64,000 bases of DNA from the human T2T-CHM13v2.0 reference genome, Homo sapiens, in NCBI RefSeq assembly GCF_009914755.1, contig NC_060936.1; one strand, 5' to 3'. The translations under genes and the position numbers were made by a program. The notes below the pieces were generated by a model, which ran no database searches, was not told the origin of the DNA, and saw only the letters and a program-made list of their open reading frames with translations. Positions 48,250 to 61,100 of the stretch are shown piece after piece (position 1 is the first letter of the stretch; each line of letters begins with the position of its first letter).

Positions 48250-48997
48250 GTAAGAATCCGAGGGATGCGACGGCTTGGCCCGAGGGAGAGGGCAGGGATC
48301 AGGGGTCAGAGGACGCGGAGTAAGGGGTTGCGGCGCAGCACTCTGGTGTGGGAGGTGGGCCGTACGGGCCCAGAGGGGGCGCAGGGAAGTCTCCACCGCG
48401 CTTCTCTCCGTCCAGCCCGGGCCGGGGCTTTGCACCCTCTCTCCTCGCCCCCGACTTCTTAGGGCGACCCTCACGTGGGCTCCCAGCCAGGGGCTGGGAG
48501 CACGTGGAGCTGGAGCCAGCTGTCCTGCCTCCTTCTTCCTCCCTCCCTCGCTCTTCTCCCTGGCGCCCTTAGGTGACCCCACAGGAGTCTTGTGCCTGGG
48601 TCAGGCTGCCCCAGCGGACAGCGGGATGGTAGCTGAACCTCTTCCCCTAGGCCCTTTCCCCAGCGCTGGCCAGTTGGGTCCTCTGTAGAGGCAGAAGCAA
48701 AGCCCGCGGAGGGAACACTGGACCAGGACGCAGGAGTCCCGGGTTCTAGCCCTACTCCTCCACTGTGTGACCTTGGGCAAGTCTCTTCCCCTCTCTGGGC
48801 CTCATTTTTGTCTGTCTGGAAAAATGACGTGTTTGAATTCAAATCAGGGGACTGGTTCTAGTCGTAGGTGTATATAGGGTAATGGTTAAGCAGGCAGGGT
48901 CCCTGATTCAGACTGCCTGGGTTGAAACTTATAAAAGGCAAGTTAACCACTCCAAGCTTCAATTTCCTCATTCCTAAAGTGGGGATATTAGCTAAGA

Positions 48998-49206
48998 TAG
49001 GATTTTTCAACAGCAGCTCAGTTGACATTTTGAGCCACATAATTCTGTTTCGGGAGGTCTCACCTGTGCATTGAAGCAAGTTCAGTGGCATACCTGGACT
49101 CCACCCACCAGCAATCCCCCCACTCCCAAGTTGTGACAGTCAAGATGTCTCCAGACATTGCCGATGTCCCCATGGGGGCAAAAATCACCCCAGTTGAAAG
49201 CCAGTG
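48998..49206 (-). mobile_element. MER20 DNA transposon in TPCN1 intron 1
   Basis: tctccagacattgcc...ggggcaaaaatcaccccagttgaaagccagtg is the reverse of the MER20 5' end. Confidence 0.75.
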
Positions 49207-49339
49207 GGCAAAGGCAGTACAGGCAGGCAAGCAGTCATATATTAAACAGTTAAACAACCGTGTTGAAGCATTTGAATGCGAGGACTTTAATCTATGGTGG
49301 CAGATATCATGAAAATTATGCATGAACAACCCCCCTGCC

Positions 49340-49440
49340 TCTTTTTTTTTAGCTCATCATTAATGGTAGTGTATTTTATGTGTGGCCCAAGATAGTTCTT
49401 CCAGCGTGGCCCAGGGAAGCCAAAAGGTTGGACAGCCGTG
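49340..49440. mobile_element. MER30-like fragment
   Basis: tattttatgtgtggcccaaga...tggcccagggaagccaaaaggttggaca. Confidence 0.6.
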
Positions 49441-50170
49441 AGTTAAAACATAGAAACCACTAGCCATTATGATAATGGTAACATTAAGAAACCTCTTCTC
49501 TGTGAGTTAATAAATTCTCCTGCCTTCAAAGTAAACATGGGAGATAATTGTCAAAGCTGAGTAATGGATACAAGGAAGTTCACGTATATATTCTCTGCAC
49601 TTTTGAGAATGTTTGAAAATATCTGTGGTAAAAAGTTAAACCAAAACGACAATACAACCATAATTCTTAAGACTGCCAAATAGTAGTGTCTCATCTGGGA
49701 TTTCCTCTTCTGCCTTTCCACTGCTGAGATTTAAAAGCAAAATAAATCCCCAGATCTGGAGGAAACTTAAGAAAAAAAAACTCACAGGAAGTGTGCTGGG
49801 CAGAGAGCTACGGGCTTAGCAGCAAGTAGAATGATGTTTACTTTCGCTGCCTTGTTTCAAAACGTTGTACTGTTCCCTGTGGATGCACAAGGATTTGCTT
49901 GGAGTTGTTCCAATGATTCGAGGAAGAAGTCAGTTGCTCAGCTGCCATTGACTAGGTCAGTTGGGAGGCAAAGTGGGTTGAGCCCAGAGCCCACAGCTTG
50001 AGGAAGGAACCTGCTGCTGTTTGCAAGTTCAAAGGTCTGCAGTCAGATCTGCTGAGTCTTTTTTTTTTTTTTTTTGGTTCTTCTCAGCGGAAACGGGAAT
50101 GTGCATAAATAGGAGCTGTAACAGGCTAGCTCGGAGTGTTTTACTTATTTAGTTATTTTTAAATTTTTAG

Positions 50171-50470
<300 letters not shown>

Positions 50471-51868
50471 TGAGTGTTTTAAATTGGGAGTTAAGGATGA
50501 GCACTTTTACTGTATTAAAAAATACTCACCAGTTAAAAAAAAATACTCTTTTCCCCTTCCTCGGACACCTAAATCTAAGAGAACAACTCCTATATAAAAA
50601 TGATATAAAAATCATACATTTTGGAAGTATGTTTCTAACTGTTCTGAGAGGCTGCATGGTAAAGCTGAAGTGAAAGATGTATTTTAAATCTGTATATATG
50701 AGCAAGTATATATTGATGATTGAAGCTAGGTGCTGCCTAAATACATGGCCCAGACTTTGAGGAATTATAGTGTAATGGCTGGGAATACAGGTTTGGAGTC
50801 ACACCGTAGAGCTGAAAGCTTGGCTTTTATTTAGCTGTGGGTCCTTGGGCAGGATACGTAATCTGTCTGTGCCTGAAATACCCACCACACCCATCCTGTA
50901 ATGGGGGGATAATAAGCCTGCCTATCTCATGGGGCTATTAAGAATTTTCAGTTAACTTTTACTTATGAAGTGCTAGTAGGGTCCCTCATACATAGTACGC
51001 ACTCATTGAGTATTAACTATTATTATTATTACTATTTTGAGACGAGTCTCGCTCTGTCGCCCAGGCTGGAGTGCAGTGGTGCAATCTCGGCTCACTGCAA
51101 GCTCCGCCTCCCGGGTTCACGCCTTTCTCCTGCCTCAACCTCCTGAGCAGCTGGGACTACAGGCGTCTGCCACCACGCCCGGCTAATTTTTTGTATTTTT
51201 AGTAGAGACGGGGTTTCACCATGTTAGCCAGGATGGTCTTGATCTCCTGACCTCGTGATCCGCCCGCCTCGGCCTCCCAAAGTGCTGGGATTACAGGCAT
51301 GAGCCACCGCGCCTGGCCGCATATTAACTATTATTTTAATGGTTGTATTTTTTTGTCATTTAATTTAATTAAATTAATTTATTTATTTATTTGAGGTGGA
51401 ATCTGGCTCTGTCGCCCAGGCTGCAGTGCAGTGCACCATCTCGGCTCACTGCAACCTCTGCCTCCTGGGTTCAAGTGATTCTCCTGCCTCAGCCTACAGA
51501 GTAGCTGGGATTACAGGCGCAAGCCACCACACCCAGCTAATTTTTGTATCTTTAATAGAGGCGGGGTTTCTTCATTTTGGCCAGGCTGGTCTTGAACTCC
51601 TGAGCTCAAGTGATCCACCCGTCTCTGCCTCCCAAAGTGCTGGGATTACAGTTGTAAGCCACCGTGCCCAGCCTTTTATTTTACTTTATTTTTTAGAGAC
51701 AGGGTCTCACTCTGTTGTCCAGGCTGGACTGCAGTGGTGTGATCATAGCTCACTATAACCTCCAACTCCTGGGATCAAGTGTTTCCGTCACCTCAGCCTC
51801 CCAAGCAGCTAGGCCTACAGGCATATGCCATCATACCCAGCTAATTTAAAATTTTTTATTTTGTAGAG

Positions 51869-51959
51869 ATGGAGTCTTGCTACATTGCCCAGGCTGGTCT
51901 TGAACTGCTAGGCTCAAGCAGTTCTCCCACCTTGACCTCCCAAAGCGCTGAGATTACAG
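51869..51959 (+). CDS. TPCN1: Alu-derived alternative TPCN1 coding segment (MESCYIAQAG...SAEIT) giving a +72-aa N-terminus
   Basis: ATG inside an antisense Alu; donor ACAG|GTGGGA; 91 + 125 nt = 216 nt, open and in frame with ATG 53476. Confidence 0.7.
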
Positions 51960-52948
51960 GTGGGAGCCACTGTGCCCAGCCTATTTTTTTCTTTGAAGTC
52001 TTTACAAAACTTACAAATAAATGTAAAGAGAAGTGGAGGTAGGACATATTGGCCCTAATGTCACTCTCCAGACAGAATTACCCTTAACTTTTCAGTATTT
52101 GTTCTTGCAGGGTTCCCTCCCTCCGTATTTTAATGCTATTATACTGTAATAATGCTTTTATTCTGTTTTTATTTATTTATTTATCTTTATTTTATTTTTT
52201 TGAGACAGAGTCTCGCCCTGTCACCCAGGCTGGATGGCTCTATCTCGGTTCACTGCAACCTCTGCCTTCCGGGTTCAAGCGATTCTCCTGCCTCAGCTTC
52301 TTGAGTAGCTGGGATTACCGGCACGTGCCACCCCGCCCAGCTAATTTTTTGAATTTTTGGTAGAGATGGGTTTTCACCATGTTGGCCAGGCTGCTCTCAA
52401 ACTCCTGACCTCAGGATCCGCCCGCCTCGGCCTCCCAAAGTGCTGGGATTACAGGTGTCAGCCACTGTGCCCGGCCTAATTCTTTTATTTTTTAAGAGAC
52501 AGGATTTCACTCTGTTGCCCAAGCCAGAGTGCAGTGGTGCAGTCATAGCTCACTGTAGCCTTGAACTCCTGGGCTCAAGTGAGCCTTCTGAGTAGCTGGG
52601 ACTACAGGTGTGCCACCTGCCCAGCTAATTTTATTTATTTATTTATTTTTGTATGTTAAATATTTATTTTATTTTTTTCTGTGTGTATGCTTACCCAACC
52701 AGCTTTTTTTTTTTTTAATTTTTTATAGAGACAAGGTCTTGCTATATTGCCCAGGCTGATCTCAAATTCCTGGCCTTAATTGATCTTCCCACCACAGCCT
52801 TCCAAAATGCTGGGGTTACAGATGTGAGCCACCCCACCGGCCAATTTTTTTAAAAATTGAGTTTTAATTTACCATTTTATTATTTTTTAAATTAAGATAT
52901 AATTTACCATTTTATTATTTATTTTGAGACAAGGTCTCTGTCACTTAA

Positions 52949-53083
<135 letters not shown>

Positions 53084-53475
53084 TAGTAGAGATGGGGTTT
53101 TGCTATGTTGGCCAGGCTGGTCTTGAACTCCTGGCTCAAGTGACCCACCCACCTTGGCCTCCCAAAGTGCTGGGATTATAGGTGTGAGCCACCGCGCCTG
53201 GCCCTAGTTCACCATTTTAAAGAGTATACTTGAGTGGTTTTTATTCACGAGGTTGTGCAACCATCACCACTATCTAATTTCAGAATAGATTCATCAGTCA
53301 TGGCTGTATTTTAATAATTATCTTTTATTTTTTTAATTCCCAAACCCTAGAAGATGCCTCTAATGGAGGAGTTTCTGAGCAGCACCCCTGGCCCAGTGGC
53401 TTTGAAAGGGAGCTCAAACCAGAGACTATTTCAAGCCCTGGATATCATATCCTGAGGGCCACAGGAGAAGAGAAC

Positions 53476-53587
53476 ATGGCTGTGAGTTTGGATGACGACG
53501 TGCCGCTCATCCTGACCTTGGATGAGGGTGGCAGTGCCCCACTGGCTCCCTCCAACGGCCTGGGCCAAGAAGAGCTACCTAGCAAAA
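53476..53587 (+). CDS. TPCN1: TPCN1 two-pore channel 1, first constitutive coding segment (MAVSLDDDVPLIL...ELPSK); exon starts at 53351; gene continues beyond the right edge
   Basis: Recognisable TPC1 N-terminus with acidic dileucine-type motif DDVPLI; acceptor ccctAG|AAG; donor AAAA|GTAAGA. Confidence 0.95.
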
Positions 53588-56105
53588 GTAAGATGGTGGG
53601 GTGGGCTGGGGGGACCCCAGCTTTTCTGTTTCAGAGGCTGAGAGGTGATAAGCGCTTTGTGGTCTGATAGTAGGGGTGTGTAACTTGTTGCCTGGCCCCA
53701 CATTTGAGCCCCAAGTTCTGATACAGAAACTACTCCTGGGAGGCTGTGTGTTTCTCCTTCCACACCCCCAGCTTGGCAGTGTTTCTGGGGGCCTAGCTGC
53801 CCCTCTTGGTGCCCTCGCTACCTTCTCCACTGCCTGCCTTGCACCTGAGGTACCTTGGCCTGCCTGTGGATGCTTGGTGGGGACCTCAGGCCAACCTACT
53901 TTGGCTGCCTTCCCTGCCCCATTCCTTGTTAAAAAAAGAAACAGATTTCAACACCAGCCTCCGTCTGTCCCCATCTGAAACCGTTGGCAGGAAAGCAGCA
54001 CTGCCCGCGTCTCTTTGCTCCATCTCAGTCCCTTCTTGCCCAGGACAGCGGGGAAGAGGGCGAGTGTTTTGTCATGATCCATTGATTTGAGGGCTTGGGG
54101 TTTTGCTTTGTCTTCCTCTGAACCAAAGCCTAGCACAAAGTGAACCCAAGTGCGGCAAGGAGCTTTAAATTTTTTAAATTTTAAGTGTGTTTCTGGCAGA
54201 ATGAGAGGCCTTGAAAACCTTTCTGGTTCTCATCCCGAAGCCATTTGTTTCAGTTGCTCAGGCCTTGGGCTCAGGAGAGGCTTAAAATAACTCGCCTTTT
54301 CTGGAGGGTCCTAAGACATCAGGAAGCAGTGCTTTAGGGTCTGCTTAGCAAATGGATGTTCCACCGTCTCCCAGTGCTCCCCAGTCAGGGCAGAGATGTT
54401 TGGGGCCAAGGAGAGACGAGCCAGGCTCTCCCGTCTCATTTGTCCAGGGAGAATTCAGTTGAGTTGCAGGGAGTTTGGTGGCCTCCCCTGGGAACTGATG
54501 AAGGAGAGCAGTGTTTCCAGGGATGTGAGTGTGGTGGGGAGCCCTGGCTGCCTAGAAACAGGCCTCTCTTTGCTTCACTGTGTTCACCCTCATCTAGGGT
54601 GGCAGAGCTGGATTGCCCAGAAGGATTCGAACATAAACTTGATTTTTCCCCAAGTGCCACTCAGGGATGAGAAAGCAGTGGCTCTGATTTCAGACTATCT
54701 GTTTTCTTTCTGAAATCCCTTTGCAAGGCTAGGCAGTATTATCCCTATTTACAGAGGAGGAAACTATGGGTCAGAGAGGTCAAGTAACTTGTCTGAAGTC
54801 ACACAGCCAGGAAATGGTTGAGCAGAGATTTGAACCCAGCATCATCTGACTCCAGAATTCCTTCCCCTTCTCCTCTTCCTTCTTTTACTTCTTCAGCTGC
54901 TCCTCCCTCTCCTTTTTTCTTCATCACCCTTAATAAATGTGAGCACAGGCCAGGCGTGGTGGCCCCCACCTTTAATCACAGCACTTTGGGAGGCCAAGGC
55001 AGGAAGATCACTTGAGCCCAGTGACTTTGAGTTCAAGACCAACCTGGGCAACATAGCGAGACCTCGGCTGTACAAAAAAATTAAAAACTTAGCTGGGTAT
55101 GGTGGTGCATGCCTGTAGTCCCAGCTACTCAGGAGGCTGAGGTGGGAGGATTGCTTGAGCCCAGGAAGGTTGCAGTGGGCTATGACTGCACCACTGCACT
55201 CCAGCCTGGGCAACAGAGCAAGACCCTGTCTCAAAAAAATAAAAGGTGAGTACAGACCTTTAGCATTTATATTATCTCCTCATATAACCTCAATATAGGG
55301 TTGTTATTATTATCTGTATTTTACAGAGGAGGAGACAGGCTCAGAGAGGTTAAGTGACTTGTCCAAGGTCACACAGCTAGTAAGCAGTAAAGCCTGTCTT
55401 TCCTCCCACACCACAGTGGAAGGCGCTTTGGGGAAAGGGATGAAAGTGATTGTGGCTCAGTTTCAGCTTTAGAGAGGAATGCTGCCTAGTGAGGGAGGGT
55501 GGTTGGCCTACTAAGGGTGTGGCTTGTGTCTGGAAATAGCCAGGCTTAAGATTCTAAATGGGAATCCTGGCTGTCATCGTGAGTGTCACTTTTAAGTCCC
55601 TCCAACGTGCCTGACCTGATGGTGGGGTGTCCAGCTTTCCTGTGGGATGAAAGGGGCAAGAGAGCAACCCAGTCCTGTGTCAAGATCAGGCTTTGAATGT
55701 TGATGAATAGGAAATAGGCCAGAGACACAATAAGACTCCCCTTGGCTAGGCCACTAGCAAGGCTGCTTTTATCTTGGCAAAGTCAGTGGCTTGCTTTGGT
55801 TTGTTTCTCAAGAATAAAGAAATGTATAACTAACTGCTGGGGTCCAGGGACATTGTTTTTCCTGTACAGCACATTAGTATCTTAGTTTCTTCTCTCAGCT
55901 TCTTACTGGGTCATTTTTTAAAACCTCAATGACTTGTGGGTGTAATTCACCAAGCCTGGCTGGGAAGAAGGGTAGGACCTGTGCAAGTAAACAAGAGTTT
56001 TCAGAGGAGGCCTGCTCTGCCTTAGCATAGTAGGCCTTTGATATTTCATGCTTGGATTTTGGCCTTGACCTTCTACCCCAGCGTCCCCCTGTCCCTGCTG
56101 TCTGA

Positions 56106-56415
<310 letters not shown>

Positions 56416-56894
56416 TGAGCAGTCCATCTAAAACACAAGCCCAACCTGGTTGTTGCCTTGTTTTAAAGCTTCCTGGGACTTTCCCATCCCTCTATGGGGG
56501 TTGGGGAGGGCAAGCTCTTCAGCTGGCAACGAAGCCTTGCGTGTTCTAGTGCCTTCTTGCTTGACCAGTCCCATTTCCTGCCTCAGTCCACAGCATCATA
56601 CTGCATTTAGTTCGGTGAATCCCCTGTGCATTCTTAAACCTTTCCACCTTGCTGGCAAGTCAGTCTAGAATCCCTTTCTCAGCCTCTTGTTTGCTCGTGG
56701 CCTCCAGTTCTGTCTTGAAAATCCTGCTGATAACACCATCTCTTTGAAGCCTTCACTGAACTTCCCCTTCCTGACAGAGCTAATTACTCACTACCCTTTT
56801 CTGCTTCGGTATCTTGATTAGGCTTCCATTATTACAAGTAGATTATAGTGGGGTAATTACACATTTAACCATCTGATCACCTACTAGGCCCTGA

Positions 56895-57272
<378 letters not shown>

Positions 57273-57816
57273 TTCACCATGTTGGCCAGGCTGATCTCAA
57301 ATTCCTGACCTCGAGTGATCTATCCGCCTTGGCCTCCTGAAGCGCTGGGATTACAGGCATGAGCCACCATGCCTGGCCCATCCATTTGTCTTTGTATCAC
57401 ATAGCTCAGTGCCCACAATATGCAGGTACTCAACAAATAGTGGTCAGAATCAACGTACTTGGATTTCTGGGGCCTCGCAGCCCATGGGAGTGGCAGTGTA
57501 AGGGCCCGAGTTAGAGGTGGGCAGCCTCCCTCCTGCCGCCTCTCCTCACCATTGCTTTGAGTCCCATTGCTCTCAGCACAGCTGAGTGTCCTGGTGGCTG
57601 CCATCACTGACCTTTGTCTTTGGTTGCTGTAAACCTTTGAAGTACTAAGGAGTTGGCAGAATGCAGATGCAGGCCATCCGCGGAGTTGGCAACGACATGA
57701 GCATGGGCTACTGGGAACGAAGCAAGCTTTCTAAGGCTGAGTCACCATCAAGCCTGGCCTTTGTTTTGGCCCAGCAGCCGCTGAGGCCTTCTCAGCACTG
57801 TACCTCCACGCTCCAT

Positions 57817-58188
57817 GTCTGGTTGGGCACCCCTAACAAAACACCATGGACTGGTGGCTTAAATGACAGAAATCTAATTTCTCACAGGTCTGGAGGCTGG
57901 AAGTCCAAGACCAAGGTGTCAGCAGGTTTGGTTTCTTGCGAAGCCTCTTTCCTTGGCTCGCAAATGGTTATCTTCTTGCTGTGTCCCCACATGATTGTCC
58001 CTGAGTCTGTGTGTCTGTCCTCTTCAGATAAGGACACCAGTCCTATTGGATTAGGGCTCATCCATATGACCTTGTTTTACCTTAATCACCTTTAAAGGCC
58101 CTTTCTCCAAAGACAGTCACATTCTGAGCTACTGGGGGTTAGGACTTCAGCCTATGAATTTGAGGGGGACACAGTTCAGGCCATCACA
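57817..58188 (-). mobile_element. MLT1A-like MaLR LTR
   Basis: Typical segments ggactggtggcttaaa, tctggaggctggaagtccaaga, tatgaatttgagggggacacagttca. Confidence 0.8.
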
Positions 58189-61100
58189 CTCCTACCCATT
58201 CTTCAGAGGCAGGGACTGAGGAATCTGGCTGTGCTGCCTGTGACCTTTAACCCTATGTGAGGGCCTTATCCCTGCAGGAAACTGGAGGGTTTGGGTTTTT
58301 CTCCTTATATGGGCAATTGTGGATTTAATCCAAGACTCAGACATCTTTGGGCTCTAAGTGCGGCTGCTGCAGTGCTAATGAATGACTCACAGGCAGCATG
58401 GTGTCAGGTTGATAAAGGAGGCAGGTATGAGCAGAGGTATTTAAAGCCTGGAAACTAGGAATAACCTTGAAAACAGTCAGCGGGGCCACTGTTAGAGCAG
58501 TGTAGAGACAGACCACAGTCCACACCGCGTGACAGGCGGTGGTCTCACCCACCACATTCAGGGAATCAGGACGAGTCTGAATGTAGTGGGCAGTCCAAGG
58601 AATTTCCCAGGGTAACTCTGGTCACACTCAGCTCTGCCTTCTCCCTGCCTTTAAAGCCAGCTGCTGCCTAAGATGGGCTGGACCATGTGCCTTTTCTGAG
58701 TGAAGGAAGGATTGGGCTCGCGGGGGCTGGCTGAGGTCTGAGCAGGATGCTCCGTCTCTGCTTTGGTGCCGGGTTGTTTATGGTTTTCAGGTGACAGGTC
58801 CTGCAGCTAAGGCCCAAGGTCACAGCGCAGAGAGCTGACCTCTCCCTCCTTCACGCCGATGCCTGGCACATCATCTGGAGTTCCCTAGGACACAGTGCAG
58901 CCTCAGCAATGTGGAGGATCCCTGCCCCCTGGCAGGGGCCCCCATGTGGCACCCTGGTCCCCTTTTCAGGGTCTTCATGCAGCCAGGGCGAGTTGGCACC
59001 AGGCTCAGTCAAGGTGGGCCAGAGCTGTTGGCCGCAGGGCCGCCGTAGCCAGGAGGAGTTGGGAGAGATCCTCGCCGGCTGGCACCAGAGAAGAATACAC
59101 CCCGAGGTGTGCGCTCCATCACTGATGTCTGTGCCGTGGCTCTGCCTCTGACCAGATGGCCCCAGCATACTTGCCAAAGAGTGAAGAAGCCCAAGGGGCT
59201 TGCACAGCTTTTGTCACTTGTGATACCATGGTGAGTGGAGTGGTTGAGCTGAGTATAGTGCTTAGCTGCTCTAAGCCTCAGCCTGCTCATCTGTAGAATG
59301 TGACCATGATGGCATCTACCAGTAGAGTCGTCATGGGGGATTGAGTGAGAGCATGTGTGTGATCACATGGTCAGTGCTCAGCCGGTCATAGGCATTATTA
59401 TCATGGCAGAAACTGGGCTTCCTTGGAATATCCTCCATGAGCAGAGGTCCTGAACCCAGGCCACGATTCAGATCCTTCTTGCCTCACTCCTGGCACAGCA
59501 GGTGGCCCCTGCCAAGCTGGGACGCCTCCGTGTAGCAGCTGGAGACCAAGCAGCAATTAGATTTTCACAGGCTCCCACCGAGCTTGGGCATTTGGCTCCG
59601 CTGGAGTCATTCCCCTGGCTTTTTCAGGGCCTCACCAAGGCAGAGCGTCGGGTGTCACCAGACCAGCAGTGGTGCCAATTAAAATGAGTAAGCATCCAGC
59701 ATGCTGGGCGAGAGCCTTGCAGCCGAGCCTTGGAGCTTTCACTTCCTCAGCCCTCCACATCTTCATGGGGGGGATCCTGTCTGTTGCCTCAGGCCCCCTG
59801 CCATGAGATGCCATCTCTTCCCGTCCCCCTTTCCCGCACACAAGACGCTGCCGCTCTAAATGGCAGTCGTGGCAGCTGGGTGCAGGCTGAAGCACCTGCC
59901 ACTCTCCTCCCCACTCGCCTGGGGGAGGGCTGAGTTCACGTTTCCTCTGAGAGCGCTTCATGAGCCAGAACCGTGAACTTCTCAGCTTCCCCATCGGGGA
60001 GGCAATATGGGAGGGCTTGGATGGCTCACAGCAGCGTGCCGCTGGGGGCATCAGGTTGCAGTGCCCTCTGCGGGGAGGTTTCAAATGACAGCAAGGTAGC
60101 CCAGGAACAAACCTGGAGTGACGTCAATCTTGAGACAGCCCCCACGCCGCCTTCCTGCTCCAGGAGCCCTGGGTGGCTCTCCATTCTTGCCCTTGGCTAG
60201 AGTGAATCCTCTGGTTCGGACATCCTCTGACTGTCACCCTTCTCCCCGCAGTCAGGTATGCCTGGGGAGAGGATGTGCCTGGGTCAGGGTATGTGCAGTC
60301 ATAATCATGGCCTGTGGGTGTTGAGCCCTCGCCGTGTGTCAGGCGGTATCCAAAGCACTTTTGTGCTGCTATCATTTGGTCCTCCCTCCCAGCAGATTTG
60401 GGGGGCCGTTACTTTCAATATCATCTCAAAGAAGAGGAAACGGAGGCTCTCAGAGGTTGAAACTTATCCAAGGTCACAAAGACACTTTGACTTCCTTTGA
60501 ACCCATGTCTAGTGACTCCAGAACCAGTCTCTTACCTAGTATGCCCCCCTCCGTGAGGTAGAGCTCTGTGGAAGAGGTAGCATTTTAGGCTGAATTTCTT
60601 TGTTTCCCAAAAGGAAGTTGGTTTCTATCTTTATCCTTTTTTTAAATTAAACTTTTATTTCCTCCAAGGCAATTATTCTAAATGGAGTTCCATACCTAGA
60701 GCTCCCTTTCATATTGTAAAAATAGCACAACTGATGGCGTTTCATGGTGAAGCTGTGTTGGATCATCCCAGAGAAGCTCCGAGACAGGGCAAGTGAACAC
60801 CAGACCACAAAGGACAGCTACAGTGTCACCATCTGTGGAAACTAGGCTTTTCCCCCATGCACGCCTTTTCCTGATTCTTCCTCTGCATAGAGACATTTGG
60901 CTACTTTTTCCATCATGGTGGTTAGAACAAGAAAATTTGGGCGGAAAATGGGAGTTCTCAGGAGCCAAGATTTGGGCCTGGGAAAGGAAGGATGAAGAGG
61001 AGCAGTTTGGAGCGGGGCATGAGGTTAGACTCTCAAGGCCAGGTGGGCTTGCTGAGGGCAGTGATCCTCTGAGGTTGTTGACTCCCAGTGGCAGGTGACC

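Larger units (their letters stand above)
47500..48750. promoter_or_regulatory. CpG island / bidirectional promoter of IQCD (-) and TPCN1 (+)
   Basis: CCAAT at 47689, 47785, 47817 and 47983; YY1-type CCGCCATTTT 47798-47807; GC boxes ~47887, ~47905, ~48041. Confidence 0.9.

Noticed and set aside
47740-48582. 280-aa Pro/Ala/Arg-rich ORF on the minus strand
   Set aside because: Non-ATG start, lies across a CpG island where stop codons are rare, and the poly-Ala is just the antisense of the GGC-rich TPCN1 leader
50050-50130. Strong polypyrimidine acceptor at 50087 in TPCN1 intron 1
   Set aside because: No convincing GT donor nearby; the T-run alone explains it
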